The notes under the pieces were generated by a model. The model saw only the letters and a list, made by a program, of their open reading frames with translations, was not told the DNA's origin and ran no database searches. From Anthoceros angustus (lineage: Eukaryota; Plantae; Anthocerotophyta), in assembly GCA_010909165.1 (NCBI GenBank), contig VJWM01000227.1, forward strand, positions 1-64,000: a stretch of 64,000 nucleotides of DNA. Direction: 5' to 3'. A program made the position numbers and the translations under genes. This document shows, piece by piece, positions 25,227-36,064 of this stretch. Positions within the stretch are counted from its first letter, which is position 1. Each line of letters starts with the position of its first letter.

Positions 25227-28167
25227 TTCTTTCAGCAAGTGCGCAGGGCTCGGATCTCCTTGGCACCTGATCTACAAAATGCCAAGGCGCAGATTCGCAG
25301 CACCGTCCCTCAGACCGATCGACAGACAGAGGAACTCATCTCCTTTGCTCTGTCCTGATTGCAGATCTGAGGAACAACGCGCCCCACACTCAGCATCAGC
25401 AAGGAGGGGCGCACCGCCCGCCAGGAGGAATCGGAATTGATCCGCTTCGCCCCCTACATACGGTCGCCGTGATCTGTATCCGCACGACATCTCTGCAGCG
25501 CTTGAGTGCGTTACGAAGGACGTCTTCAACATGCGGAAGGACTCGCCCATCCGCAGCAAAGGAGTCAACAAAACTGTCATCCTTCGGCAACTGGGCACCC
25601 TCAGGATGCGAGTGAAGTCGAGAGAGGCCCTCATTAAAAGACTCTGTGAAGGCATCAAGTCACTCTATGTCTTATGTGAGGATTACTTGTCATCCGACCT
25701 TCCCAGTTCAGGCTTCTCTTGAGGCGGGGTTCCGTGCACCATGCTCTAAGCTGCCTTATTTCTATGCTACACACATCAGACTCGAAAGATGAGGACGATG
25801 TTTATCACATCTCTTTTTTGTTCGCTGATAAGTCTACCTACCCTGAGTGGGATTTCTCTCCTTCCAACCTTTTAGAAAGAGCCAGACAGTCGCAACTCCA
25901 GTCCGTTCTTCATACCATCCTCGACGCTGCAAACATGTCTGCAACCCCGGCGACACCTATTTTGAACCCCTTGAAAATAGAATTCCGCGACAAGGATAGG
26001 TTCAATGGCACAGACTACCAGATCGGGGCCATGAGACTCACCCAAATCTTTGAGGAGAATGAGCTGTTTTCCATCGTAGATGGAACAGAACCCAAGGTCA
26101 CAGTACCACCTAGATCGGCAGACGAAATCCTAGCCTGGGAGCGAAAGGATAGGCGTGCTCGTTTTATACTCATTGCTGCCTTAGAAAGAAATATGATGCC
26201 ACACACCATAGGTGCTAAAACCTCTAACGATGTGTGGAAAGTTTTTGAGTCTATCTACCAAGACAAGAGTTCTGAATCCCTTGTTCATGCGTACAGGGAT
26301 TTTTTCAACTTGAGGATGAAGGAAAATGAGCCAGTGGAGGCCTATATCAACAAGTACAGGACGCATCGGGCGAACCTAGCGTGCTGTGGCACCATACTCT
26401 CTGAAGTTCAAGCAGCAGTCAGCCTCCTAGCTTCATTACCAGAAAGTTACAGCAACTTCGTTGGAAGTCAGAATGCAACAATACACGCTGGAGTGAAGGC
26501 AGCAACCACAGGCCAACCTCCCAAGGTCACTCTTGAAGAAGTTATTGGAGCACTCCTTGCTGAAGAACGAGCACGTACGTTACATAAGGTTCGTGGCTCC
26601 AGTTCTAACAGCGGTGCAAGAGTGCTCTACTCCTCTAGAGGACGTGGTGGTTTCAGAGGCCGAGGCCGAGGACGTGGTATTCCCACATAGCCCCAGCAGT
26701 TCAACACCAACAACACCAAGAAGACTTTTGTGTGCAACTGGTGCAAGATTTCCGGTCATTTTGAACGTGACTGTCGCAAGAAGAAGCAAGGGGAACCTCG
26801 TCGTGACAGCCCACCAGCAGAGAGCAACCTCACTACTAGCAAGGCTCAGCAGCCCACTATCCTGGCAGTCTGTTTGTCATCTATCCAAGCCCAGTCCAAT
26901 TCATGTTTTTTAGATTATGGTGCCACTAGTCACATCTGCTTTGACAAAACTGCTTATTCCAGATTTATATCTGCTGACGATTCTAAACAATTTGTACTCC
27001 TTGGTGATGATAGTGGTCTTTCCATAAAGGGGTTTGGTTCAGTAGCTGTGGTTCTGCCAAATTCTGCTCACCTCACTCTTACAGATGTCCTTTATGTGCC
27101 CTCAATGACTAAAAATCTCGTGTCCGTCATGAAGTTGGCACAGGAACACGACTGCCGAGTGACTTTTGATCAGCAAGGGTGTACCATATCCAGGTCAGGT
27201 CAGAACCTCTTCAAAGGGTCTTGCTACCATGATCTTTACCTTCTAGACGTTTTTACTGTCTTTGCAGACACCCCCCATGCACATGTTGCAAGTACACCTT
27301 CCACTCAACTCTGGCATTGTCGTTTAGGTCATGTCAACTTCCAACGTCTAGCTACCCTGAACAAAGGTGAGACATACAAAGAACCACTTTATTTTTCTTT
27401 TGATGCTGATGCCTTCTGTGAGGCTTGCCAGCTTAGTAAAGCCCACAGTTTGCCATACAAGGACAAAGACCTCAGCCGTGCCAATGGTCTACTTCACACA
27501 ATACAGGACAAAGACCTCAGCCGTGCCAATGGTCTACTTCACACAATACACAGTGACATCTGTGGGCCTATGTCCACTAGTTCCTTCGGTGGAGGAGATT
27601 ACTTTATTACCTTCATCGATGAGTGGAGCAGATACTGCGTTGTGTACATTTTGAAACACAAAGGTGAGGCTTTGGACTGTTTCAAGTCATATGTGAGATT
27701 TGCTCAATGCCAGACTTCTTGCAAGGTACGCATCCTGCGTATAGACAATGGAGGTGAGTACACAAGCAATGCTTTCAACTCCTTTTGCGATCAAGAAGGG
27801 ATTCTGCATCAACTCACTGTACCTTACACACCTCAGCAAAATGCCTTCTCTGAAAGAAAGAACAGAACGTTGCAAGAAGCTACTCTAGCATCACTTTCGT
27901 TTGCTGGACTCACACGTGGTTACTGGGCTGAAGCTTTAATGGTAGCAAACTATGTCCAGAATCGCCTTCCCACTAAGGAGCTTGGAAAGATCACTCCATT
28001 TGAGCGCTAGACGGGCAAGAAACCACGAGTTCAGCATCTTCGGATTTTTGGAGCACCTGCTTATGCCTTGGTCCCTCATTCTCAACAATCAAAGCTTGAT
28101 CCCAAGGCCTCCAGGCATGTTTTTGTTGGCTATTCAAAAGAGGTGGAAGGATATAAATTGTTCAATC

Positions 28168-29549
28168 AACAGTGTTTCTCAGCATAGGGGTTTGTCTCCG
28201 AACCCCATTTTGGCCCCAACCATCCAGAAATGCACATGTCTCATTTCACTGTTTTCAATGATTTGCAAACCTACAGCCCATGCATCCGAGCCCAAAAGAA
28301 GACCTAATGTGCCCACCGTCCGTACAAATGCCGGACATACATTTGTACCAAGTGGCCGAATGACTGGCGCACTTATGCTCCAAAGAACTAGAGTGCGCCG
28401 GACGTCCGGCGCACTTATACTCCAAAGAGGTGCAATACACTGGGTTTGGAGAGGGTTGCGTCAATACTTGTGTAGGCAAACACTTTCGTTCAAGTTGCCT
28501 GTGCACACATACCACCGCACCAACACTCACATCAATTCTCTTTTCAAACCCCGTGATTCGTGAGCAATCCGGATGGCGTGCATACCGTCTGACCGCCCTC
28601 CGTGTCGAGATAAGCCGACTTAGATCTGCAGCATTAGGCTCAGCGAGAATTGGACACGGTAAAGGATGGTGAGGCCTCCTCAACCCTTCTTGATCAAACT
28701 CTTCAAAGCTTACATTTCTTCTTGTCAAGTCCGCCGCTTTCAACCTTAATCTACCCATGGGTGGCACATGGAGCAAGTCGATCTTAAATTCAAAATCTCC
28801 GCAAAGCTTGGCTATAATTGCCTCGAACACTGCGCCATAGTAGTGGGCGCCATAAAGGTATAGATGTCCTCCTTTAGAGCCTCACCAACTACTCACCATT
28901 TGGTCAATATCCCCAACTAGGGCGACGCCTCTTCTTCGACATACCGGTTCTCACTAGGTTTTGGCATGTGCAGATGCTCTCTTATACTTATGTTCGACTG
29001 CATCCGACAGGCTTTCATTACTCAAGGACAAATCATCTATTCTATTTATTTTCTTGCTTCTCTGCAAAACATTGTACCAATTTTTATCCCGTGGTTGTCA
29101 AGGATTAGTGGACATGGTTGATGTTGAGTTTATATCTCTAAAGATAGCTATCTATCTTTTAATACATTGTTGTTTATAAGCTCAAATCTTTTGAAACTCA
29201 TTTCAAGCTAGATGTCCGAGGTTGAACTTCGTAGTTTGTAAACCGCTAACATCAAGATCCACTTCTCTCCCCATATCTATAATTTGAAATTTTCAAAATA
29301 AGTATGTTTTTAAAAACATACATATTAGCAAATTGTGAATACACATGTACCCATGCAAAATCCAATTGAAGGAAACTATAAGGTTGCTTATGTGTCACAC
29401 ATATGTAGCCTTTAAGTCTTTCTTTTTCAAAGACAGCTTGTTCAAGATTCAAATTGATATCAATATTATCTATGAGAAACATATATTAATGTACATTGTT
29501 TTAACAAGCACGGTGGAAGGATATAACCCTCACCTCACCAACTCGATAG
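28168..29549 (-). mobile_element. Terminus and cargo of a second TIR-family element (right-end type, inverted)
   Basis: 28168-~28350 is an imperfect reverse complement of 36380-36555 (AACAGTGTTTCTCAGCATAGGGGTTTGTCTCCGAACCCCATTTTGGCCC...). Carries the 24-bp palindrome at ~28391, an unassigned minus-strand reading frame (~28450-28950) and Cullin-like gene fragments (29077-29545). Confidence 0.75.
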
Positions 29550-29811
29550 TGAAGGATAGTGTGACAGCCCATAATGGTGGAAAGAGGAGAGGAGAGGAGG
29601 AAGCAAATGGATCTCACTCACATTGAGATGAGGCTTTGGGGGTATTTATACCCTCCAACAGGGCTCCCTAGGAAGGTCCACAAGAAGCCCCTAGGAAACT
29701 GCGCAAGAAGCTTCCTAGTGATTAGCTTCAGCTAAACTAATGATACTTAACTGACACCTAACTTAGACTAAGCGTATTAGTCTAAATACATTGGGCTTTA
29801 ATACCCTTACA
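29550..29811 (-). repeat. 3' LTR of copia B
   Basis: On the minus strand it starts TGTAAGG right after the PPT and ends CCTTCA. Contains TATAAATA. Homology to the flanking element resumes beyond 29549. Confidence 0.75.
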
Positions 29812-30404
29812 ACCTCCCACTTAAAGGCCAATTTACCTTCGTAGAAGAATGGACTACCGCATGCCCATCAGTGTCCGAGCTTGTGGAAATTGCTCCGTAG
29901 AGAGTCCCTTGGTAAGAATATCTCAGGTTCTGGTGTGAACCTTGACAAGTTGTACCCTCTTGTCATCCAACACCTCTCGAATGAAGTGATACTTCACATC
30001 CACATGTTTAGTCTTCGCATGAAACATCGGATTCTTTGCCAATTGATAGCACTGCTATCACAATGCAACACCGGCAGCTCAACCTTGATCCCCAAGTCTC
30101 CACTAAACGAGCAAGCCATATGGCTTCCTTGCAAGCCTCGCTGCAACATACTCGGCCTGTGGTAGATAGCATAATGCACGATCGCAAACGAGATCGCCAT
30201 GAGATCGCCTCCAAAGGCACATGAAGACATAACGATGTGGACCTCCTTTTGTCCATATCCCCATAATCGGCATGTACCCAACCACACATGCATCTTCACT
30301 ACCAAAACATATGCACAAAGCTTTTGTACCATTCGGATACCTCATAACTCCTTTTATCGCCTCCAATGCTTCTTGCTGTGGTTTGACATAAACTCGCTAA
30401 CCAC

Positions 30405-33400
30405 TCCCACCGCAAAGGCAATGTCGACGTGTAGCAATCATTGCATACATCAAACTCCCTACAGCTGATGAGTATAGGACCTTCTCCATTTCAGCTTTGT
30501 CCTCCAACTGCGTCTCTCAGATTGGGGTTATTCTCCACTAAAAGGGACTAGGCAAGCAAAGGACCAAAAATAACCCCTCAAACGGGTTAAAAGGCACCCT
30601 TGAAAACTGTGGGAAGACATGTCTACTTGACATTATTCATGTACTTTTCTCTCACGCTCTTTCGCAAACAGGTATAAGCTATTGAAGGTTCCTCGGTTTC
30701 AACAATGACAGGATTTCGTGAATTTTGGACAGTACCAGGACTATTAAACACCTATTTCGCAGCCCAAGAGCTTCCGAAAGGTGGTGGAAACAAGGCAAGC
30801 CAACCCTTTGTAGTCCGTAAACCAAACTCCATAGGGCGTTTTGATCCGAGAATGCAAAAGAAGCGAGTCAATCAAGAACGGACCAATCGCCGGACGTCGC
30901 CCAACTGGAACAAGTCCCCGATCCCGTCCAAAACTGCGTTGCGCGACTCGATTGTCTGCAAACGGCAGTTGCCGCAGCGTCTCGGGCGATTGAAGTTCTC
31001 AACTCCCACGAGGGTAGGTTGAGCTAGTACTTTTTGCGGCCGGCTTGTTTATATACGCGTTTTCATATCTCATGCCTTGTTGCAAATCCTCGACCAGAGC
31101 ATGAAGTTCTAAGCGCACCTGAAGTTGTATTTCTTTTCTGGAGCTTTGTGGGCAGCAGTCTTAGCTCGAGTTGTGAAAACATTTGTCAGAGGTCTGACAC
31201 CCTCTTTGCGTGACATTTAATTGCCAGAGGGGTTGTATTTTGCGTCAACGGATGGAGACATTGAAACTACTCTCCTAGCCCCGCCATACGGTTCGGTCAC
31301 ATCAAGTCTCACGACAAACACAAAACAGTCAATCCTTTGGTATTGAGTTCAATTTCAATAATATTGTCCGATATATTGGTTCTTAATTCCGTCGATTTAG
31401 GGTTCACAATGAAGCTCTGTCAAGTCTTCAAGCGCACATTTACGCCTTAAGAGGTTTGCATTCCAAACCCTAATTGGTTGTCCTCTTTTGCCAACCCTAG
31501 GCAGCTTACACCCACGTTCTTGTTTACACTCGCGGCTTCCATCACATTCTCGAGGACCTCCGTGTAAGCTCCCTTTCCCTTTTGCCAACCCTAGGCAGCT
31601 TACACCCACGTTCTTGTTTACACTCGCGGCTTCCGCTGTTTACTCCCGAGGACCTCCATGTAAGCTCCCTTTCCTTCTGTTTACTCTTGACGTCATCATG
31701 GCCTCATCCTTGGGCACCTCTACGTGACTGAAGCGAAAGAAGCAGAAAGAGGCTGCGGATTCCGGACTTGGTGGCTCCACCGCCTCACCGACAGCTGGAC
31801 AACTAGATGCAGACTTAAGGGTGGAAACGAAGAAGCTCCCATGCAAGCAGAAATCGGGAGATGAGGGCACCGACCGCAAACCCGAATGCGGAGGCAGCTT
31901 GAAGTCAGCCCAAGTGAGCACGACCTCGAAGAATCAAGACGCCCCACCGCAAAGGCAATGTCGACGTAGCAATCATTGCATACATCAAACTCCCTACAGC
32001 TGATGAGTATAGGACCTTCTCCATTTCAGCTTTGTCCTCCAACAGCGTCTCTCAGCATTGGGGTTATTCTCCACTAAAAGGGACTAGGCAAGCAAAGGAC
32101 CAAAAATAACCCCTCAAAACGGGCCAAAAGGCACCTGCTTCAGAAAACCAGGTGGGAAGACATGTCTACTTCGACATTATTCATGTACTTTTCTCTCACG
32201 CTCTTTCGCAAACAGGGTATAAGCTATTGAAGGTTCCTCGGTTTCAGCTTCAGTCGACAGGGATTTCAGGAATTTTGGACAGGTACCAGGACTATTAAAC
32301 ACCTATTTCGCAGTCCAAGAGCTTCCGAGCAGGGTGGAAACAAGGCAAGCCAAACCCTTTGTAGTCCAGAAACCAAACTCCATAGGGCGTTTTCAGCATC
32401 CGAGAATGCAAAAGAAGCGAGTCAATCGAAGAACGGACCAATTGCGCCGGACGTTCGGCCCAATCAGTGGAACAAGTCCCCGATCCCGTCCAAAACTGCG
32501 TTGCGCGACTCGATTGTCTGCAAACGGCAGTTGCCGCAGCGTCTTGGGCGATTGAAGTTCTCAACTCCCACGAGGGTAGGTTGAGCTAGTACTTTTTGCG
32601 GCCGGCTTGTTTATATACGCGTTTTCATATCTCATGCCTTGTTGCAAATCCTCGACCGGAGCATGAAGTTCTAAGCGCACTCAAGTTGTATTTCTCCGGA
32701 GCTTTGTGGGCAGCCTTAGCTCGAGTTGTGAAAACATTTGTCAGAGGTCTGACACCCTCTTTGCGTGACATTTAATTGCCAGAGGGGTTGTATTTTGCGT
32801 CAACGGATGGAGACATTGAAACTACTCTCCTAGCCCCGCCATACGGTTCGGTCACATCAAGTCTGACAAACACAAAACAGTCAATCCTTTGGTATTGAGT
32901 TCAATTTCTGAATAATATTGTCCGATATATTGGTTCTTAATTCCGGTCGATTTAGGGTTCACAATGAAGCTCCTGTCAAGTCTTCAAGCGCACATTTACG
33001 TCTTAAGAGGTTTGCATTCCAAACCCTAATTGGTTGTCCTCTTTTGCCAACCCTAGGCAGCTTACACCCACGTTCTTGTTTACACTCGCGGCTTCCACTG
33101 TTTACTCCCGAGGACCTCCGTGTAAGCTCCCTTTCCCTTTTGCCAACCCTAGGCAGCTTACACCCACGTTCTTGTTTACACTCGGCTCACTGCTTACTCG
33201 AGGACCTCCGTAAGCTCCTTCCTTCGCTTACTCTTGACGTCATCATGGCCTCATCCTTGGGCACCTCTACGTGACTGAAGCGAAAGAAGCAGAAAGAGGC
33301 TGCGGATTCCGGACTTGGTGGCTCCACCGCCTCACCGACAGCTGGACAACTAGATGCAGACTTAAGGGTGGAAACGAAGAAGCTCCCATGCAGCAGGAAA

Positions 33401-33490
33401 TCGGGAGATGAGGGCACCCCGACCGCAAACCCAGAATGCGGAGGCAGCTTGAAGTCAGCTCAAGTGAGCACGACCTCGAAGAATCAAGAC
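30405..33490. repeat. ~1.54-kb tandem duplication spanning the copia B / TIR-element left junction
   Basis: cccaccgcaaaggcaatgtcgacg... starts at ~30405 and again at ~31943. Both copies contain the CTCC|TIR junction (30506, 32041) and differ mostly by small indels. Confidence 0.85.
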
Positions 33491-34490
33491 GTCCCAGCTG
33501 CAGCAAAAAAAACTGGCCGTAGCTCTTCAACTTTGGCTGTGCAACCTGCGGTAAGCACCTTGGATGCGTGGCTCTATTGTGCCCACTAACCACAGATTAT
33601 CGAGGATTGTTGGGTTTGAGGCCAGCAACCTGTAGGAGTCGCGAGTCCCAGGCTTGTAGCCGCTGCGATTCTCTAGCCTGGATGCACGCAAGGGTTGTGA
33701 TATGTAGGCTTGGTTGCAGGCCTGTTTGTGATTGCAGTTTGCAGGCCTCTTTGTCTTTGCGGTTTGATGGCCAGTGTTTTATTTCAGCATGCTGTTTTTA
33801 TGGTTGTGTGTACAGATGGCATCGGGCAGACGGAACAAGGATGGGGATTTGTCCTCCCACACCCCCACTGAGCCGGCAACTCACAGACGTAGGCGAAATG
33901 ATGAGCAAGCCAAATCCCGTTCTTCTGGCCGCCCTGGGAATGCAACTCCTGCAGGAGAGGAGTCGGAAGTGAGGTCTCCAGGAGATGGCGAAGGGCGCAG
34001 AAGGAACAAGAAAGCAAAGTCTGGTGGAGAAGGGAACACTCAGAAAACGACACAGACCCAAGGTGGAGGACACAAACCTAGACCTGGTAAGCCTATTGCA
34101 AAATCTGCAGGCAAAAGGTCTGGACAGGTTTTTGGGCCAGCTGGCGTCAAAGCGAGGGGTCAGGTAGCTGGAAAGACAGCACCACAGGGTGCTGCAAACA
34201 AAGCAGCACAGGTTGCTGCTACAAATGCAGCATCAGCGGGTAAGGCCAAGGCAACAGGTCAGGGTGCAGGAAGGCCAATGGCAAAAGCTGCAGGGAAGCC
34301 AACATCCAAGCTTATGCGAGGAGCATCGGCGGTCGTAAGTGCGAGCCGATGCAATGGGAGATGCCCGTATCCCCTTACAACTACAACCAGAGCCTGACTG
34401 TAAAGAAGTTGCAAGATGTGACTCCCAAACGGATTTTGCTGGATAGGCAATGGAGCGTGGTTTTGCCTCCTTTCCCGCATGGAGAGGGTT
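33245..34490 (+). pseudogene. Basic low-complexity coding exons upstream of the MTase exon (probably the 5' part of the same or a neighbouring element gene)
   Basis: ATG at 33245 (MASSLGTST*LKRKKQKE..., early TGA), donor GTAAGC at 33551. Exon from ~33816 (MASGRRNKDGD...) is K/G/A-rich, then WEMPVSPYNYNQSLTVKKL; interrupted by the palindrome cluster. Confidence 0.5.
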
Positions 34491-34493
34491 GTA

Positions 34494-34775
34494 TGGGCGG
34501 ACGTCCGGCGCACTGCTGCGATCCTCCTTGCCGCCTCATCGGGCAGCAGCAAGTGCGCCGGACGTCCGGCGCACTGCTGCGATCCTCCTTGCCGCCTCAT
34601 CGGGCAGCGCAGCAAGTGCGCCGGACGCCCGCGACTTGCCGCTCGCCCACTGCTGCACTTCCTTTGAATTTCAGGCGAGGGTGCAAGCAGCGCGCCGGAC
34701 GTCCGCACACCGCCTACCCTCCGACGAAAAGGCGAGAGAGCACCATAGCGGGCGCCGGACGTCCGCACACCGCTT
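34494..34775. repeat. Cluster of CpG-rich palindromic repeats (core GCGCCGGACGTCCGGCGC)
   Basis: Perfect 24-bp palindrome agtgcgccggacgtccggcgcact at ~34552; variants at ~34497, ~34613, ~34690 and ~34750, embedded in ~60-bp direct repeats. Confidence 0.9.
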
Positions 34776-34858
34776 CGCACCTGCCGTAACCCTATACGTA
34801 GGTTTTGTCTATCGGTCTGTTGAATTCTAACCCTGGATTGGTTGGCTTGTTGTGGCAG

Positions 34859-36064
34859 AAACCCAATGATGTTGCCAACCTTCGAAATTTGCTAGAGCAA
34901 TTTCAAAGTTGGGTCGTCGCGGCTAAATCCTGGACAAAAATGGAAGAGGAGCAGCTGGCTCTGGCAGAGGCGTCCACAGATACTTACCTTCAGGATTTCA
35001 TAGTTCCGAGCTCAGGGAAAAAGGTTCGCTATCAGGTTTTCAACCGACCCATGCAGGAATTGTTGGGATTTGCTCGTAAGCGACCTTATACGCTTCTGGT
35101 GATGGATCTACCAAGAGGGCTGAAACTTGGAGCGGAAGACACAAATGTTTTGACGAAGGCCCAGTTGAGTGGTATTCTTAACCACTTTGTGGAGGTAACG
35201 ACAGCTGACTTATACAGGATTGTGGTTTTGCACGGCGTGGACCAGACCACCGATGTGAGAGCCGCTTTGAGGGGGGTATGCACGGATGGAGCTCTTCAGT
35301 CCCTTGTCTTGGAGAAAACCAATGTCCGGGAGAAAAACAAGGTATACGACAACATGGACATTATATCTGTGGGCGCAGGAAAGTCACCCAACGCAAGAGT
35401 GAAATCGGTGCCATTGTTATCGATTTCGGTGACTTTGGGCCAACAAGGCATGGGCTCGGTGATTAAGTGCGATGTTGTGGTAAAGAAGTTGGTATACACT
35501 GCATTCGACAACAAGGTAGTAAGCCCATATCAGAAACCTTTGGAGCTAATGTCTATTTTGCTGCAGTGCTTCTCTGTAGAAGGGGATTGGATCATCGATG
35601 GATTTGTGGGGAGTGGGTCCACGGCACTTGCTGCACTTCTGAGTGGAAGAAATGTGATCTCAGTGGACTCTGATACAAGGTCTTCAATGTTCATCAAGCA
35701 GAGGATTGTGGGGTTCCATGCTTATCCCAGTGAGGCAGAAGAGGGAAATATGCTGCCTTTCAAGCGGGGCCGGGGCACATTTTGGCCCAAGGAGATAAGT
35801 ATGAGCAACAGTATCACTCCATACACGGTTTCTCAATCAATGGTCTCAAAACGGTCAGAAAGTAAACAGCTGGTTGTTCTAGAAGCGGGGCAGCTAACTT
35901 TGAGGAAAATGTGGGCTGACCCGGAAGAGGAAGAGACTGACGATCCCGAGAAGCTCACTGATGCCATGATTGATGTAGCTCCTATCGACTTGGAGGCGGA
36001 CCTGGAGGACTTTGGTGCTGACGACGTGGTTGTCCCGAACACGAAGAGTCAGTTCTCAAAATAG
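34859..36064 (+). CDS. Beta-class N4-cytosine/N6-adenine DNA methyltransferase-like protein (N6_N4_Mtase fold), terminal exon
   Basis: Permuted motif order: IV-like LLVMDLPRG (~35095), SPYQKPLELMSILL (~35522), motif I EGDWIIDGFVGSGSTALAA (~35580), motif II GRNVISVDSD. About 400 uninterrupted codons after an AG acceptor at 34858; acidic tail. Confidence 0.82.
   Translation, partial: KPNDVANLRNLLEQFQSWVVAAKSWTKMEEEQLALAEASTDTYLQDFIVPSSGKKVRYQVFNRPMQELLGFARKRPYTLLVMDLPRGLKLGAEDTNVLTKAQLSGILNHFVEVTTADLYRIVVLHGVDQTTDVRAALRGVCTDGALQSLVLEKTNVREKNKVYDNMDIISVGAGKSPNARVKSVPLLSISVTLGQQGMGSVIKCDVVVKKLVYTAFDNKVVSPYQKPLELMSILLQCFSVEGDWIIDGFVGSGSTALAALLSGRNVISVDSDTRSSMFIKQRIVGFHAYPSEAEEGNMLPFKRGRGTFWPKEISMSNSITPYTVSQSMVSKRSESKQLVVLEAGQLTLRKMWADPEEEETDDPEKLTDAMIDVAPIDLEADLEDFGADDVVVPNTKSQFSK

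Larger units (their letters stand above)
24812..28167 (+). mobile_element. Ty1/copia LTR retrotransposon A, 3'-truncated (5' LTR, PBS, gag, protease, integrase)
   Basis: PBS TGGTATCAGAGC at 25215. Gag from 25935 (RFNGTDY..., YRDFFNLRMKENEPVEAYI); zinc knuckle CNWCKISGHFERDC after an in-frame TAG at 26688; protease FLDYGATSHIC; LWHCRLGH; integrase IHSDICGP / RIDNGGEY / ERKNRTL. Cut at GYKLFN by a TIR. Confidence 0.93.

Noticed and set aside
26688-26690. Programmed stop-codon readthrough between gag and pol
   Set aside because: The TAG lies before the gag zinc knuckle, lacks the CARYYA readthrough context, and is most simply a CAG-to-TAG mutation in a decayed element.
34805-36064. Bacterial contamination as the source of the MTase ORF
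   Set aside because: The ORF lies inside a TIR/TSD-bounded insertion that splits a plant copia RT, is preceded by splice signals, and has no operon or restriction-enzyme neighbour.
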